Positions 1-12,049 of a stretch of DNA of 64,000 nt are shown here, one piece after another (position 1 is the first letter of the stretch; every line of letters starts with the position of its first letter). The translations under genes and the position numbers were made by a program. Under the pieces are notes generated by a model. That model saw nothing but the letters and a program-made list of their open reading frames with translations. It was not told where the DNA came from and did not search any database. Source of the DNA: Nannocystis pusilla (GTDB lineage: Bacteria > Myxococcota_A > Polyangia > Nannocystales > Nannocystaceae); the NCBI RefSeq assembly GCF_049060185.1, contig NZ_JBMEQO010000002.1. The stretch is one strand, 5' to 3'.

Positions 1-150
1 AGCGTGATCCCGTGGCTGCCGCCGACCACCAGCGAGCCGTCGGCGAGGAACGCCAGCGCGTGCGGCTTGCCGGCGAAGATCCGCAGCGACGGCGCGCGCG
101 GGGCAGGGGAGGTGGGTGATCGGGGCCGAGGGAAACGGGGTCCAGCGCAT
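1..150 (-). CDS. 5' part of a Kelch/beta-propeller-like repeat protein. Partial; it runs off the window start and shows a frame switch.
   Basis: On the reverse strand there is an ATG at 148-150 (MRWTPFPSAP...). A second frame reads ...RIFAGKPHALAFLADGSLVVGGSHGIT, a Kelch-like blade motif. The two pieces require a 1-nt indel. Confidence 0.25.
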   Translation of the reverse strand, partial: MRWTPFPSAPITHLPCPARAVAADLRRQAARAGVPRRRLAGGRRQPRDHA

Positions 151-282
151 GGGGGTGACCTCGATAGCAGCGCGCGGCTCACCTCCGCAAGCGCGTCCGG
201 GCCTTCCCCGCATGACTGAAAAGACAGGTCGAGAGCCTCTGCCCGTGAGCGTCCCTGCGGACATGTCCCGAAGAACACCTGC

Positions 283-909
283 TCAGTACAGCCGCAGCAC
301 CGCCACGCACGCGTCCCACAGCACGTGGCACACCAGCACCACGAACAGGCTGCGGGTCTTGAGGCCCAGCCAGGCCCAGAAGAACCCCGCGCCGGCGGCG
401 GCCACCACCAGCGCCGGCACCCCGAGGCTCACGTGCGCCACGGCGAAGGCGGCCGCAGACGAGGCCGCGCCCCACCACGGTCCTGCGCGCGACGCTACCG
501 CGAACGCCACCGCCCCGCGCCACACCACCTCCTCCGCCGCCGCGATCAGCGGCAGCAGCACCGCCGCGCTCCCGGCCGGCAGCAGGTGGACCCAGCTGTA
601 CACCGCCGCCACCTCGGCCCGCGCCTCCGGCGTCACCGCGAACAGCACCTGGCTGCCGAGCCAGCCCGCCGCGACCAGCACCGCCGCCGCCATCACCCCC
701 TGGACCAGCCCGCGCAGGCTCGGGCGCCACAGCTCGAGCCACGGCAGGCGCACCATCATCAGGCACAGCGGCACCAGCACCAGGTTGGCCGCCAGCATCC
801 GCCACCACACGTGCGGCGTCAGCGAGCCGAGCGCCCAGATCAGCGCCACCGCCAGCGGCACCAGCCAGGCCACGTGGATCGCGCCTTTGGAACATGTCTT
901 GAAGAACAT
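283..909 (-). CDS. CPBP-family intramembrane metalloprotease (CAAX protease-like)
   Basis: The protein MFFKTCSKGAIHVAWLVPL... has multiple TM segments, an EExxxR motif (EEVVWRG) and an FxxxH motif (FAVAH), all typical of the Abi/CPBP family. It is in frame with the upstream epimerase ORF, so the start is taken at the Met at 907-909. Confidence 0.6.
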   Translation of the reverse strand: MFFKTCSKGAIHVAWLVPLAVALIWALGSLTPHVWWRMLAANLVLVPLCLMMVRLPWLELWRPSLRGLVQGVMAAAVLVAAGWLGSQVLFAVTPEARAEVAAVYSWVHLLPAGSAAVLLPLIAAAEEVVWRGAVAFAVASRAGPWWGAASSAAAFAVAHVSLGVPALVVAAAGAGFFWAWLGLKTRSLFVVLVCHVLWDACVAVLRLY

Positions 910-1004
910 GTCCTCGTCGCCACGTCGCAGCCGCAGCGACAGCCCCAGCCACGGCTCGACCCCGGCCGACAGCGCCACGATCTTGGCCGCGGTCAGCGGC
1001 TGCG

Positions 1005-1846
1005 TCACCAGCCCGAGCTCGCGGCCGCCGGCCCCGGATCGCCGACCAGACCGTGGCTGAGCAGCCCGAGCTGCGCCCGCGTCAGCAGCGGGTCGGGCAG
1101 CTTCTCGAGCCCCGCGACCGCGATCGCCAGCAGCGGGGCAGGGCAGGGCACCAGGGTCACCGGCAGCGCCAGCGCGTCTGCCACTCGAGTCACCACCTCG
1201 CGCAGCGTCAGCACCTCGGGTCCGACCACGTCGTAGCAGCGCCCGATCGCCGCCGGTCGCTCGAGCGCCGCCGCGATCGCCAGCGCCACGTCCTCGACCA
1301 GCACCGGCTGCAGCGGCGCGTGGCCGCCGTCGGGGCCGGGAACACCCCGTGTGGCGCAGCGTCGCCGCCAGGTTGCGCACGAAGTCGTCGCCCGGCCCGG
1401 CCACCGGCCCCGGGCGGAGGATCGTCCAGTCTGTCTCCGAGGACATGACCGAACGTTCAGCCTCTCGCTTCGTCGCCATGTACTGGGTCGGCCGCGGCGG
1501 CTCCGCTCGCGGTCCCGCCACGCTGACGTGGACGAGCCGCCGGATCGCCGCCGCCTGCATCGCGGTCGTCAGCGCCGCCACCGTCGCCACGTGGGCCGAG
1601 TCGAACGACTGCCCCGGTTCGGGCCGCTTGATCCCCACCAGGTTGACCACCGCCTCGCAGCCCGCCAATGCGGCCACCAGCTCGGGCCCCCGCGGCTCAC
1701 GTCCACCTCTCGCCACACCAGCCCCGGTCGGTCGAAGCGGCCGCGACGGCCCGCGACAGGCCGACCACCGCGTGGCCGGCCTGCAGCAGCGCGTGGACGG
1801 TCGCCTGTCCGATGAACCCGCTCGCTCCGGCCACGGCGACCTGCAT
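1005..1846 (-). CDS. NAD(P)-dependent epimerase/dehydratase (NmrA/NDUFA9-like atypical SDR). It is frameshifted, with at least 2 frame switches.
   Basis: The N-terminus MQVAVAGASGFIGQATVHALLQAGHAVVGLSR carries the GxxGxxG Rossmann motif. It continues as ...VVNLVGIKRPEPGQSFDSAHV...YMATKREAERSV... and ends ...VLTLREVVTRVADALALPV... These pieces lie in three different frames. Confidence 0.55.
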
Positions 1847-1941
1847 GCGCAGCCAGCCTCGCACCCGCCGGGCCCGCGGCGCAAGGCGGGATTTTGCTTC
1901 TCAAACGCCGTCCGCGCGCCTAAAACAAAAATCAGACCCGC

Positions 1942-3022
1942 ATGCTCAGCGCCCTCGCCGACCACGCCTGCGCCCGCTTCGACCGCGTCATGCGGCACGG
2001 ACTCCGTCGCGTCCTCATGCAGCGCAACGAGCTCGACCGGCTCGCGCGGGCCGAGCTCGAGCGCCGCCTCGAGGTCGTCGCCCAGTACACCGACCCCGCC
2101 GTGCTCGCCGAGCCCGATCGCCTTCTCGCGCCGCCGCCGGCCCGCCGCCGCTCGTCCCGCTGGCCGTGCGGCCGCTCGTCGACGGCCGCGCCACGCACTT
2201 CAGCTTCGCCTCGCCGTACCGCCCGCGCGACCCCGGCTACGCCCGCGAGTACGCCACCTACGATCGCGTCGACACCGTCCATCTGCACGCCTGGCAGCAC
2301 GACCGGCCCGCGCCCGCCTCGATCTTGCTCGCGCACGGCTGGTGCGTCGGCAACCGCCGCCTGCACGAGATCGAGTTCAGCATCTCCACCCTCTACCGGG
2401 ACCTCGGCCTCGACGTCTACCTCTACGTCCAGCCGTTCCACAGCCTGCGCAAGCCGACCACCGCGCGCTTCTCGGGCGAGCTGTTCCCCTCGACCGATCT
2501 GGTGCGCACCAACGAGGCCTTCATCCAGACCGTCCAGGACGTGCGCGCCGCCATCACCGCCATCTTGCGCCACCGCCCGGCGCCGCTCGGCATGATGGGC
2601 TCGAGCCTCGGCGGCTACACCTCGGCCCTGGTCGCCTCGATCGATCCGCGGCTGTCCTTCGTCGTCCCGATCATGGCCCCCGCCTCGTTCGCGCACCTCT
2701 TCTGGGATCACGGCGAGGGCGACTCCTTCCGCCGCCAGGCCGAGGCCCTCGGCATGACCCGCGAGCGCTTCCACAGCTCGTGGGCGCTGCACAGCCCCTC
2801 TCGTACGAGCCCAAGGTGCCGTGGGAGCGCCGGCTCGTCGTCACCGCCCGCGGCGACGCCCTCGTCACCGAGGCCCACGCCGACGTGCTGTGGAACCACT
2901 GGCAGCGCCCGCGCCGCTTCCGCTTCACCGGCGGCCACTTCCTGCAGCTCGGCCGCCGCGACTACATCCGCGAGCTCGCCCGCTTCCTCACCGACCTCCG
3001 CATCATCCCCGGGCCGCGCTGA
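1942..3022 (+). CDS. Alpha/beta-fold hydrolase. It is frameshifted and spans 3 frames.
   Basis: The sequence contains HGWCVGNRRLHEIEF and the nucleophile elbow GSSLGG (GxSxG). The C-terminus reads ...RLVVTARGDALVTEAHADVLWNHW...GGHFLQL. The N-terminal, middle and C-terminal parts are in different ORF-track frames. Confidence 0.6.
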
Positions 3023-3090
3023 GCCGCCGCAGGCCGCGCGAGGGCGCGAGGCCTGGCGTGTCCTCGGGAGCGAGCGGCGCGGTGCGCGAT

Positions 3091-3187
3091 GAGACATGTT
3101 CCTTCGGGCATTGGCGAAAAGACATGCTCCATGGAGCATTGTCGATAGAACATGTCGCATGGGATATGTTTTTCAGACATGTGACCG
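3091..3187. repeat. Tandem array of ~7 units of the 14-bp palindrome family (TGTCC-N4-GGACA-like)
   Basis: The units read TGTTCCTTCGGGCA | TTGGCGAAAAGACA | TGCTCCATGGAGCA | TTGTCGATAGAACA | TGTCGCATGGGATA | TGTTTTTCAGACA. The array has lower GC than its flanks and lies just 3' of the hydrolase stop. Confidence 0.7.
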
Positions 3188-4241
3188 TGCGCCGAACTGT
3201 CCGCCGCAGCCGCCAGCGAGCGTGGTTCGGCTGGGCGAGCAAGAGGTCGCGTGCCCCGGTCGCTGCGCTCGCGCGGGCCCGGCCGCGCGGCGATCCGACG
3301 CGAACGGGGCAGGGACCGCCGCCGACCTCGGCGCACGCCAGCCGATCCCGACCCGGCGGCGACACCGTCGTGGCTGTCGTACCGGGCGCTCACTCGCGCG
3401 TCGAATCGACGGCCGCGCCCCGGCTCCAGCCCTCTGAACCGGACAGTCGTACTCTCGCCGCGGCACCCCACTGTCGTACCCATCGACGCACTGCGCTTCG
3501 CCCATCGGCTCCAGCGCCGACCGGGCGACGTCGCCTGCGCCGCCGCGCGATCGAACAACGCGTTTCAGTTCGCCTCACCACCTCGCCTCCGATGCGGGTC
3601 ACGGATGACACCGCAAGGATCGGCCCGCGCGAGCGCCAGGAACGGCGCGCGACGACCGAGCCGGAAGGAGGCGGCGCGCCGACCGACGTCGTCGACCGTG
3701 CAGCCGCGAGCGCGGGTCACCCTTGCGACCGACGCTCCGCCGAGCCGAGCACACCGGTTCGCACAGCTCGCGCCCGGGCGCCGCTGGCCCGCGGAAAACG
3801 CCTCGGAGAGGGCCTCTCCTCGCAACCGCGGGCGACCGACGACCCGTCGACTCCAGACCGTCGCCGTCATTCCTTCTTCGCGCCGGACCTGTGCCGCGCA
3901 TCACCGACTTCGTCGCAGCGAGCTTCTACACCGGCGATGCTCGCCCACATCGTCGGGCAGCATCCGTCCCGTTCGTCGCGTCGCGCCAGGTCCGCCAGCG
4001 CTGCGATTCCTTGATCTCCTCCGCGTGTTCTGGCACGATGAGACCGTGCGGTTTGGTTTGGCGCGCGCCCGGCAGGCGTCGCCTATCTCTTCTCGTGGCT
4101 GGTAGCGACTGGGTGTAGCCCCGGGCGGTCCGACGCGGCTTCGCGCGGCACCGACAGCGAGGGCGGCACCGTGGCGACGGTCGGCGAGGGAGCACCACCG
4201 GCACCGCCGGCAGCACGAGCACCGGCGACGCCGCCACCAGC

Positions 4242-5018
4242 ATGCCGGTCACCGGCACCGGCGCCCTCGTCACGCCGCCGCCCGACCTCGCGCCCGAGCT
4301 CCCGCCCGCGCCCGTCGAGCCGTGCGAGTCGCACGCGGTCGAGGCCGACTGCGACGCCGCCGGTTGCATCTGGTTCGCCACCGAGCGCCTCGCCGATCGC
4401 TCGACCTGCGCCTTCGAGGCCGCGGGCTTCTGCGCCACCGCCAGCGCCTCGACCGGCGACGAGGACTACGACTCCACCTTCTACAAGCGGGTCGGCGACG
4501 TCGTCCACGTCCGCCGCGTCGGTCGCAAGGCCGGCGACTTCCCCGGCCCCGAGCATCCCGCAGGCTGGACCGAGTGCGGCCTCGGCTCGCAGGACCCGGA
4601 GGCGTGCGCCTGCGTGTGCGCGGCCGGCCGCTGCCCGGGTGACATCGCCCTCGCGCTGCTCGACGCCTGCGCCTCGCCGCGCCCGTGCGACGACGAGGTC
4701 GCCGGCGACGCCTGCCTCTACCAGGCCCTCGCCGCCGAAGCCGCCGCCAGCCTCCGCGTCGAGAGCCTGGTCGGCACCCGCAACGTCGACGACCGCGTGT
4801 TCCTCCGCGGCGACGGCACCGCGACCTGGATGCGCAGCACCTGCGACCCGCGCGACACCAGCTGCCGCGATCGCAAGTGGGACCTGCCGCGCCTGTGCTC
4901 CCTGCGCGACCGCGCCGGCTTCCTCGCCTGCGCCGCCGCCGACCCGGCCGACCCGCAGTGCCGCGACGTGGCCGCCTGGTTCTCCGACTGCAAGCTGGCC
5001 CCCGCGACATGTCCGTGA
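4242..5018 (+). CDS. Cys-rich hypothetical protein (possibly secreted)
   Basis: A 258-aa ORF with about 20 Cys and balanced composition, unlike the R-rich shadow frames. No clear signal peptide could be resolved. The stop codon lies inside a palindrome unit (TGTCC-GTGA-GGACA). Confidence 0.4.
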   Translation: MPVTGTGALVTPPPDLAPELPPAPVEPCESHAVEADCDAAGCIWFATERLADRSTCAFEAAGFCATASASTGDEDYDSTFYKRVGDVVHVRRVGRKAGDFPGPEHPAGWTECGLGSQDPEACACVCAAGRCPGDIALALLDACASPRPCDDEVAGDACLYQALAAEAAASLRVESLVGTRNVDDRVFLRGDGTATWMRSTCDPRDTSCRDRKWDLPRLCSLRDRAGFLACAAADPADPQCRDVAAWFSDCKLAPATCP

Positions 5019-5310
5019 GGACAGCCACCGGGTGCGGGCTGCGAAGGTCCTGAACGACCTGTCTCATCGGACAGCTCGCGTCTCACGGTCGTCTGGCCGA
5101 GGCACCTCCGGGCGCGAACCGTCCGCGGCGCGGCCGACCGTGCCCCGCGCCGAGCTCGACCGGCCGATAGTTCGCCGCCCGGCACCCGACCGCCACCAGG
5201 GGCCGAACACCTCACGAAGGCGCCGATCGCCCGCGTTCCTCGTTCCCGCCGCCCGTCCGCGCGAAATCGCCCCTCGCACCTGCAGCACGACCTCGGCTAC
5301 CGTTCTCGCC

Positions 5311-5890
5311 GTGTTGCAGGTCAAGAAGTACGGCAACCGTCGGCTCTACGACACCGAGGGCAGCAGGTACGTCACCCTCGAGGAGATCGCGGAGCGCGTG
5401 CGCATGGGCGAGGACCTCAAGGTCGTCGACGCCAAGAGCGGGCAAGACCTCACCCAGGTCACGCTCGCGCAGATCATCCTCGAGAGTCGCGGCGCCGCGC
5501 GGCTGCTCCCGGTGTCCCTGCTCAAGCAGCTCGTGCGCATGCGGGACGACGCGCTCGCGGAGTTCTTCGGCCGCTACATCGCCTGGGCGCTCGAGGTCTA
5601 CCTGCAGCTCAAGGGGCGCGCGCGGTGGTCCCGTGGAACCCGCTGGCCGATCTGGCGATGCCGGGGATCCTCAAGCGGTGGTTCGGCGGGCCCGCGCCCG
5701 CGGCCGGCGAGCCGGCGCCGCCCCGTTCCCCGATGAGCCGCCTCCGCCCGAGCCTGGCGGCATGTCCGACGAGCTGGCCGCGTTGCGCCGCGAGCTCGCC
5801 GAGCTGCGGCGGACCGTCGAGGACGGCAAGCCCCCGCAAGGGCAGGCGGCCCGCCTCCTGAGCCGTTTGTGCGCTGCACATTCACGCCTT
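5311..5890 (+). CDS. phaR: PHA synthesis repressor PhaR. It is frameshifted in its C-terminal half.
   Basis: The N-terminal PhaR DNA-binding signature is present: VLQVKKYGNRRLYDTEGSRYVTLEEIAERVRMGEDLKVVDAKSGQDLTQVTLAQIILE. It starts at GTG 5311. The C-terminus (ELAALRRELAELRR...) is in other frames and its exact stop is unresolved. Confidence 0.7.
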
Positions 5891-5998
5891 GATCTCGGGC
5901 CGGGTCGGCCTATCCTCGGCCGGCAGACCCCGGCAGGCCGTTTCGCAGGTGCAGCACGGCCGGGCCTTCGGGTAGCCTCGGGAGCGGAGGATCTTCGC

Positions 5999-7520
<1,522 letters not shown>

Positions 7521-7532
7521 GACGTTTTCGCC

Positions 7533-7926
7533 ATGTCCCAAGAGACAGCCCCCAGGAACCTCACCGCCCGGATCCTCCGGCTCGTCGGCTACCTCACCGA
7601 CCCCAAGAGCGGCCCCGGCAAGTGGTGGATGCGCTTCGAGGGCGCCTCGACCGGCGTCATGACGCGCCTGGCCACGAGTCCGCGCTACCTCAAGTTCGCG
7701 GGCCGCGGGCTGCAGAAGATGTTCCACCTCCACCGCGACGTCGTCGACCTCACCGAGGAGATCCTGCACTTCTGGCGCGTGCCGACCCTCGGCGACTTCA
7801 ACGAGGTGCGGGCGCAGCTGCGGCGGGCCGAGGACCGGCTCGAGATCACCACCACCCAGCTCGAGCTCGCGCTCCAGCTGCTGGAGAAGCTGCAGGCCGA
7901 GCTGGCCCGCTCGGTCCGGGGGCCGC
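7533..7926 (+). CDS. Small PHA synthase subunit (PhaE / class IV PhaR-type)
   Basis: A ~130-aa ORF lies directly upstream of phaC. The segment VPTLGDFNEVRAQLRRAEDRLEITTTQLE resembles the PhaE/PhaR partner-subunit motif (PTRxD...A.L...E..VD...QLE). The exact end is unresolved. Confidence 0.55.
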
Positions 7927-9072
7927 GTGACGACGCCGTTTTCGCGGGTCAAGGGCGCCGCGCGCAAGCTCGCCGACATGGCCGAAGGGACAGCCACGAT
8001 CGGCGCCGCCTGGCAGCGGGCGCTGCGCGACCGCGCGATCAGCCCGACCCGCTACCTGGCGCCGCTGGTCAAGCGCGCGACCGGGCTCGGCGATCCGCCG
8101 GTCAACTCGACGCCGAAGCGGGTCGTGTACGAGCGCGGCGGCATGAAGCTGATCCGCTTCGAGCCGGCCGTGCGTCGCTTCCGCACCCCGATCCTGTTCG
8201 TCTACTCGCTGATCAACCGCTACTACATCCTCGACTTCCTGCCGGGTCGCAGCCTGATCGAGTTCATGACCCAGCAGGGCTTCGACGTCTACGCCATCGA
8301 CTGGGGCACGCCCGGCGCGGTCGAGCAGGACATGACCTGGGACGACCTGCTCGGCGGCTTCGTCGAGGCCGCCAAGCGGTGGGTCTTCAAGCTGTCCGGC
8401 GCCGACGACCTGACGATGTACGGCTACTGCATGGGCGGCACGATGGCCCTGGCCGCCGCGGCGCTGCACCCGAGCGGCGTGCGCAACTTCGTCGCCCAGG
8501 CCACCCCGGTCGACTTCAAGCACGGCGGCATCTTCACCACCTGGACCGACCCCGAGTTCTTCGACGTCGACAGCATGGTCGACGCCTACGGCAACGTCCC
8601 GATCGACCTGATGGAGTCGGGTTTCTCGATGATGGCCCCGGTGCAGCGGATCTCGAAGTGGTTCGAGGTGTTCCGCCGCCTCGACGACCGCGACTTCGTC
8701 ACCAACTTCCTCGCGATGGAGCACTGGGCCGCCGACAACGTGCCGTTCCCCGGCGAGGTGTACCGGCAGTACATCCGCGACTGCTACCAGGAGAACAACT
8801 TCTTCGAGGGCCGCATGATCGTCGGCGGCCGGCGCGTCGACCTGCGCCAGATTCACGGCCCGCTGCTCGTCCTCGTCGCCGACAACGACACCATCGCCCC
8901 GCCGCCCTCGTCGGAGGCGCTGCTCGGCGCGGTGAGCTCGACCGACAAGACCTTGCTGCGGTTCCCGGTCGGGCACATCGGCCTGTCGACCTCGAGCAAG
9001 GGTCCCAAGGTCATCTGGCCGAAGATCGCCGGCTGGCTGGCCGAGCACAGCGAGCCCATGTCGCCCGGGTGA
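7927..9072 (+). CDS. phaC: Poly(3-hydroxyalkanoate) synthase catalytic subunit PhaC (class III/IV, ~380 aa)
   Basis: It starts at GTG. The lipase-box variant GYCMGG is present, and the class III PhaC core (FDVYAIDWG ... MEHWAADNVPFPGE ... GHIGL) is conserved. It is a single intact frame. Confidence 0.9.
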   Translation: MTTPFSRVKGAARKLADMAEGTATIGAAWQRALRDRAISPTRYLAPLVKRATGLGDPPVNSTPKRVVYERGGMKLIRFEPAVRRFRTPILFVYSLINRYYILDFLPGRSLIEFMTQQGFDVYAIDWGTPGAVEQDMTWDDLLGGFVEAAKRWVFKLSGADDLTMYGYCMGGTMALAAAALHPSGVRNFVAQATPVDFKHGGIFTTWTDPEFFDVDSMVDAYGNVPIDLMESGFSMMAPVQRISKWFEVFRRLDDRDFVTNFLAMEHWAADNVPFPGEVYRQYIRDCYQENNFFEGRMIVGGRRVDLRQIHGPLLVLVADNDTIAPPPSSEALLGAVSSTDKTLLRFPVGHIGLSTSSKGPKVIWPKIAGWLAEHSEPMSPG

Positions 9073-9093
9073 GGGCCCGGGCGGGTCTTCGCG

Positions 9094-10614
9094 TCACTGT
9101 CCGAGCCACGTCGAGATCTGGGCGGCCGCCGTCGGGTGCCAGCCCAGCTTGAGGTGGTTGATGTCCTTCAGGACAGCCGAGTCGGTGAGCGTCCCGATCC
9201 CGTCGGTCGCCGCGCAGCTGTCGACGAACACCACGCCGTCGCTCGGCCCGGCGATCTCGTTGGGGATCCCCGGGATCAGCACGCTGTTGTCATTGAGGTT
9301 CAGGTCGCCGCACAGCAGGTGGGTCGAGATCGAGGCCGGGATGCCGGCGTCGATCATGTCGGCGATCACCGAGCCCTGCTGGATCGCGTAGTCGATGCCC
9401 TTGCCGCGGGCGTACACGCCCTTGTACTGGCCCTCGCCGTAGTAGGTCGACTCGCTGTCGCCGACGATCCACTGCATCAGCCCGTTGTTGGCCGTGCCGG
9501 TCAGCGGATACACGTCGTCCCACGCCGCGAGCATCTGCAGCTGCCCGCGGTAGTTGTCGCCGGCGGCCGACTTGTAGATCGCGTACTCCGAGCGGTCCTC
9601 CCACAGGCCGAAGATCAGCAGCTCGTCGTGCGGCCCGGGCGCGTGGATCTTGCCGCCGAAGTCGGCGTAGACGCCGGCGTTGTGGGCCGTGCCGTAGCGG
9701 AAGATGTAGTCGAAGCCGAGGTTCGGCCCGCCGATCAGGATCAGCTTGCCGATGTCGTTGCGGTACTCGAGGTGACCGCCGGTGAGGCCCGACGCGTACA
9801 TGCGCGACGACATCACGCCCTTGCTCCACCCGATCACGTCGACCTTGTCGACCCCGGTGCGCTCGCGGATGATGTCGATGGCCCACGCGATCTGCAGGGC
9901 CCAGAACACGTTGTCGCCCTGGCTGTGCGCGTGCGACACCGCGAACACGCGGTGGCCCGCGGCCGCCAGCTCCTGCATCAGGCCGATGTCGGGACAGGTC
10001 GACTGACCGCAGCCGAAGTCGCCGCTCTCGCCGGGGTTGGCCCACGCGCGGTCGGCCTGGTCGTTGGCGCCGTGCGCCAGCAGCACCGTCGACTTGGCGC
10101 CGTTGTTCCAGCCGGGCGCGTAGTACAGCAAGAAGCGCCCGCTGTGCGGCACCGGGTCGTTGCCGAAGAACTCGAGCCGCTGCCCGGTCTGGTGGGCCCG
10201 CTGATCGAGGTCGAACCGATCCTCCTGAATGAAGAACGGATCGGGGTCGAACCATCGCTCGACGCGGACCCAGCCGTTCAAGATCCCGTCCTCGAACGTG
10301 TCCTCGAGGATGAGCCCGTGCAACCCGTCGCCGCCGGTCTCGGTGGTCGTGCCCGTCGGCGCGGTCGGATCCTCCGTCGTCGTCGACGTGGTCGCCGGCG
10401 GCTCGGTCGTCGTCCCCGTAGGCGGCGTGTCGCTGGTTGACGTCGGCCCCGTCGTCGCAGTGTCGGTCGCGTCGCTCGAGGCGGTCGAATCGGTGCCCGG
10501 CGTGGAGTCGGTCACCGCCGCGGTCGTCGCGTCGGTGTCGCCGCCACCTTGCGGCGTGCAGGCGAGGAGGAGGGTGAGGGCGGCCCAGGGACGGCGTGTT
10601 CGCATGTGCAGCAA
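9094..10614 (-). CDS. Secreted lipoprotein, alpha/beta-hydrolase (lipase/esterase-like)
   Basis: An intact 506-aa ORF. The lipobox signal is MRTRRPWAALTLLLAC. A Thr/Ser/Pro-rich linker follows, then a catalytic domain with GWSKG (GxSxG). Confidence 0.65.
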   Translation of the reverse strand: MLHMRTRRPWAALTLLLACTPQGGGDTDATTAAVTDSTPGTDSTASSDATDTATTGPTSTSDTPPTGTTTEPPATTSTTTEDPTAPTGTTTETGGDGLHGLILEDTFEDGILNGWVRVERWFDPDPFFIQEDRFDLDQRAHQTGQRLEFFGNDPVPHSGRFLLYYAPGWNNGAKSTVLLAHGANDQADRAWANPGESGDFGCGQSTCPDIGLMQELAAAGHRVFAVSHAHSQGDNVFWALQIAWAIDIIRERTGVDKVDVIGWSKGVMSSRMYASGLTGGHLEYRNDIGKLILIGGPNLGFDYIFRYGTAHNAGVYADFGGKIHAPGPHDELLIFGLWEDRSEYAIYKSAAGDNYRGQLQMLAAWDDVYPLTGTANNGLMQWIVGDSESTYYGEGQYKGVYARGKGIDYAIQQGSVIADMIDAGIPASISTHLLCGDLNLNDNSVLIPGIPNEIAGPSDGVVFVDSCAATDGIGTLTDSAVLKDINHLKLGWHPTAAAQISTWLGQ

Positions 10615-10664
10615 TTAGCCCATTCCTCGCCGGCGCAAAAGTGCACAGAAGCCCTCTGTGGCGG

Positions 10665-11750
10665 CTAAAACACCGACTCGGCAAAATTTCGCAGCGCCGC
10701 AAGAAAGCGCTCGTGCTGCTCGATGTGCGGCGAGTGTCCGCAGTCGGAGAACACCACCTCCTCGTAGCGTCCGCCGTTGCCGGCGTAGGCGTCGAGGACC
10801 GCGCGCATCTGCCCGACCATCGGCTGCGGCGGCGCGACCTCGTCGCCCGGCCAGCCCGGCACCGCGCCCAGCTTGCCGAGGAACCCGAAGTCGAACACCG
10901 ACGTGTCGCTGACGATCTGGTCGTCGGCCCCGCGGATCCACAGCACCGGCGGCCGCGGCTCGATGCCGGCGAACGGCGACAGGTCGACGTACTTCGGCGA
11001 GATCGCGTTGTTCATCCCGCGCGTGCCGGGCGCGACTCCCGGCCAGTTCGACGAGGCAGTCATGTCGCCGGGGTAGTGGTCGTCGCCGATCTTGGTCTTC
11101 ACCACCGCTTCGACGAACGCGTCCTCGAGGACCGGCTCGACCCGGAACGGCGGCTTGAAGTAGAAGGTGTTCATCACGTTGCGCGGCGACACCTGGTTGT
11201 CGCCGCTGCGGTCGCCGGCCTTGATCAGGCGCGCGAACTCGGGGTTGGCAGTGCCGCCGCCCGAGCCGGCGAAGTCGGCGGTGGTCGCGGTGCCGCGGGC
11301 GTCGCGGGTGCCGCCGAAGCCGTACGGCGACATCGGGTTCTCGAGCACCAGCCCGGCGACATGGCTGGCGTGATCGATCGCGTACTGCATGATCACACCG
11401 CCGCCTGCCGACCAGCCGACGAACACGGCTGGCCGCGAGGACAGGTCGAGCGCGACGAGCAGCGCGTGCAGATCGTCGGCGAAGTCGCGCACGCCTCGAG
11501 TCGCGTCGATCGGCGCCGGCTCGGTGTCGCCGAAGCCGCGCATGTCGGGCGCGATCAGGCGGAAGCGATCGGAGAGCGCCAGCATCAGCGGCTCGAAGAA
11601 CCCGCCGCTCGAGGCGTTGCCGTGGACGAGGACGACGAGCGGGCCCTGCGGGACCGGCGATGCGAGTGTGGACGCGGAGACGCGAGGTGGAAACGAGCTG
11701 CTGGTCGATCGGCATGTCGGCAGCATGCAGAGTCGCAAATGGCCCCGCAC
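10665..11750 (-). CDS. Alpha/beta-fold hydrolase
   Basis: The motifs LVVLVHGNASSGGFF ... GWSAGG (GxSxG) ... a C-terminal His region are present. The true start is probably internal, near 11680. Confidence 0.7.
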   Translation of the reverse strand: MRGHLRLCMLPTCRSTSSSFPPRVSASTLASPVPQGPLVVLVHGNASSGGFFEPLMLALSDRFRLIAPDMRGFGDTEPAPIDATRGVRDFADDLHALLVALDLSSRPAVFVGWSAGGGVIMQYAIDHASHVAGLVLENPMSPYGFGGTRDARGTATTADFAGSGGGTANPEFARLIKAGDRSGDNQVSPRNVMNTFYFKPPFRVEPVLEDAFVEAVVKTKIGDDHYPGDMTASSNWPGVAPGTRGMNNAISPKYVDLSPFAGIEPRPPVLWIRGADDQIVSDTSVFDFGFLGKLGAVPGWPGDEVAPPQPMVGQMRAVLDAYAGNGGRYEEVVFSDCGHSPHIEQHERFLAALRNFAESVF

Positions 11751-12049
11751 TTGTCGATGCGAGCGAGGATGCTCGATTTCGCGCCGAAGCCGACACCTGG
11801 CGTAAGGGACAGGTCACTCGGTGGTCCATGGCGGCGCGAGGCCGGGCGCGCAGGGCAGGGCGCACGCATCGATAGGCGCTCTGCGGCCGCACCCGCCGCG
11901 CAGAGCCCGGGGCGCGCAGGGCAGGGTGTACGCCTCATGCGGCGGAGACCGGCCGTCCGGCGCCCTGCGCCGTAACGTCACCACGCGCCGGTCTGCCCCT
12001 GCGTTTCGGGTCGGGCCCGAGGAGCGTCCGTCGGCTCGCGTCGAGGCCG

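Noticed and set aside
3091-3187. Could the palindrome arrays be CRISPR arrays?
   Set aside because: The units are 14 bp and directly abutting, with no unique spacers. Each unit is itself palindromic and degenerate between copies. No cas genes are in the window. This is inconsistent with CRISPR architecture.
9073-9093. GC palindrome GGGCCCGGGC between the convergent phaC and lipase genes as an intrinsic terminator
   Set aside because: The palindrome is short and lacks a downstream T-tract. It was not called, and is at most a weak hairpin.
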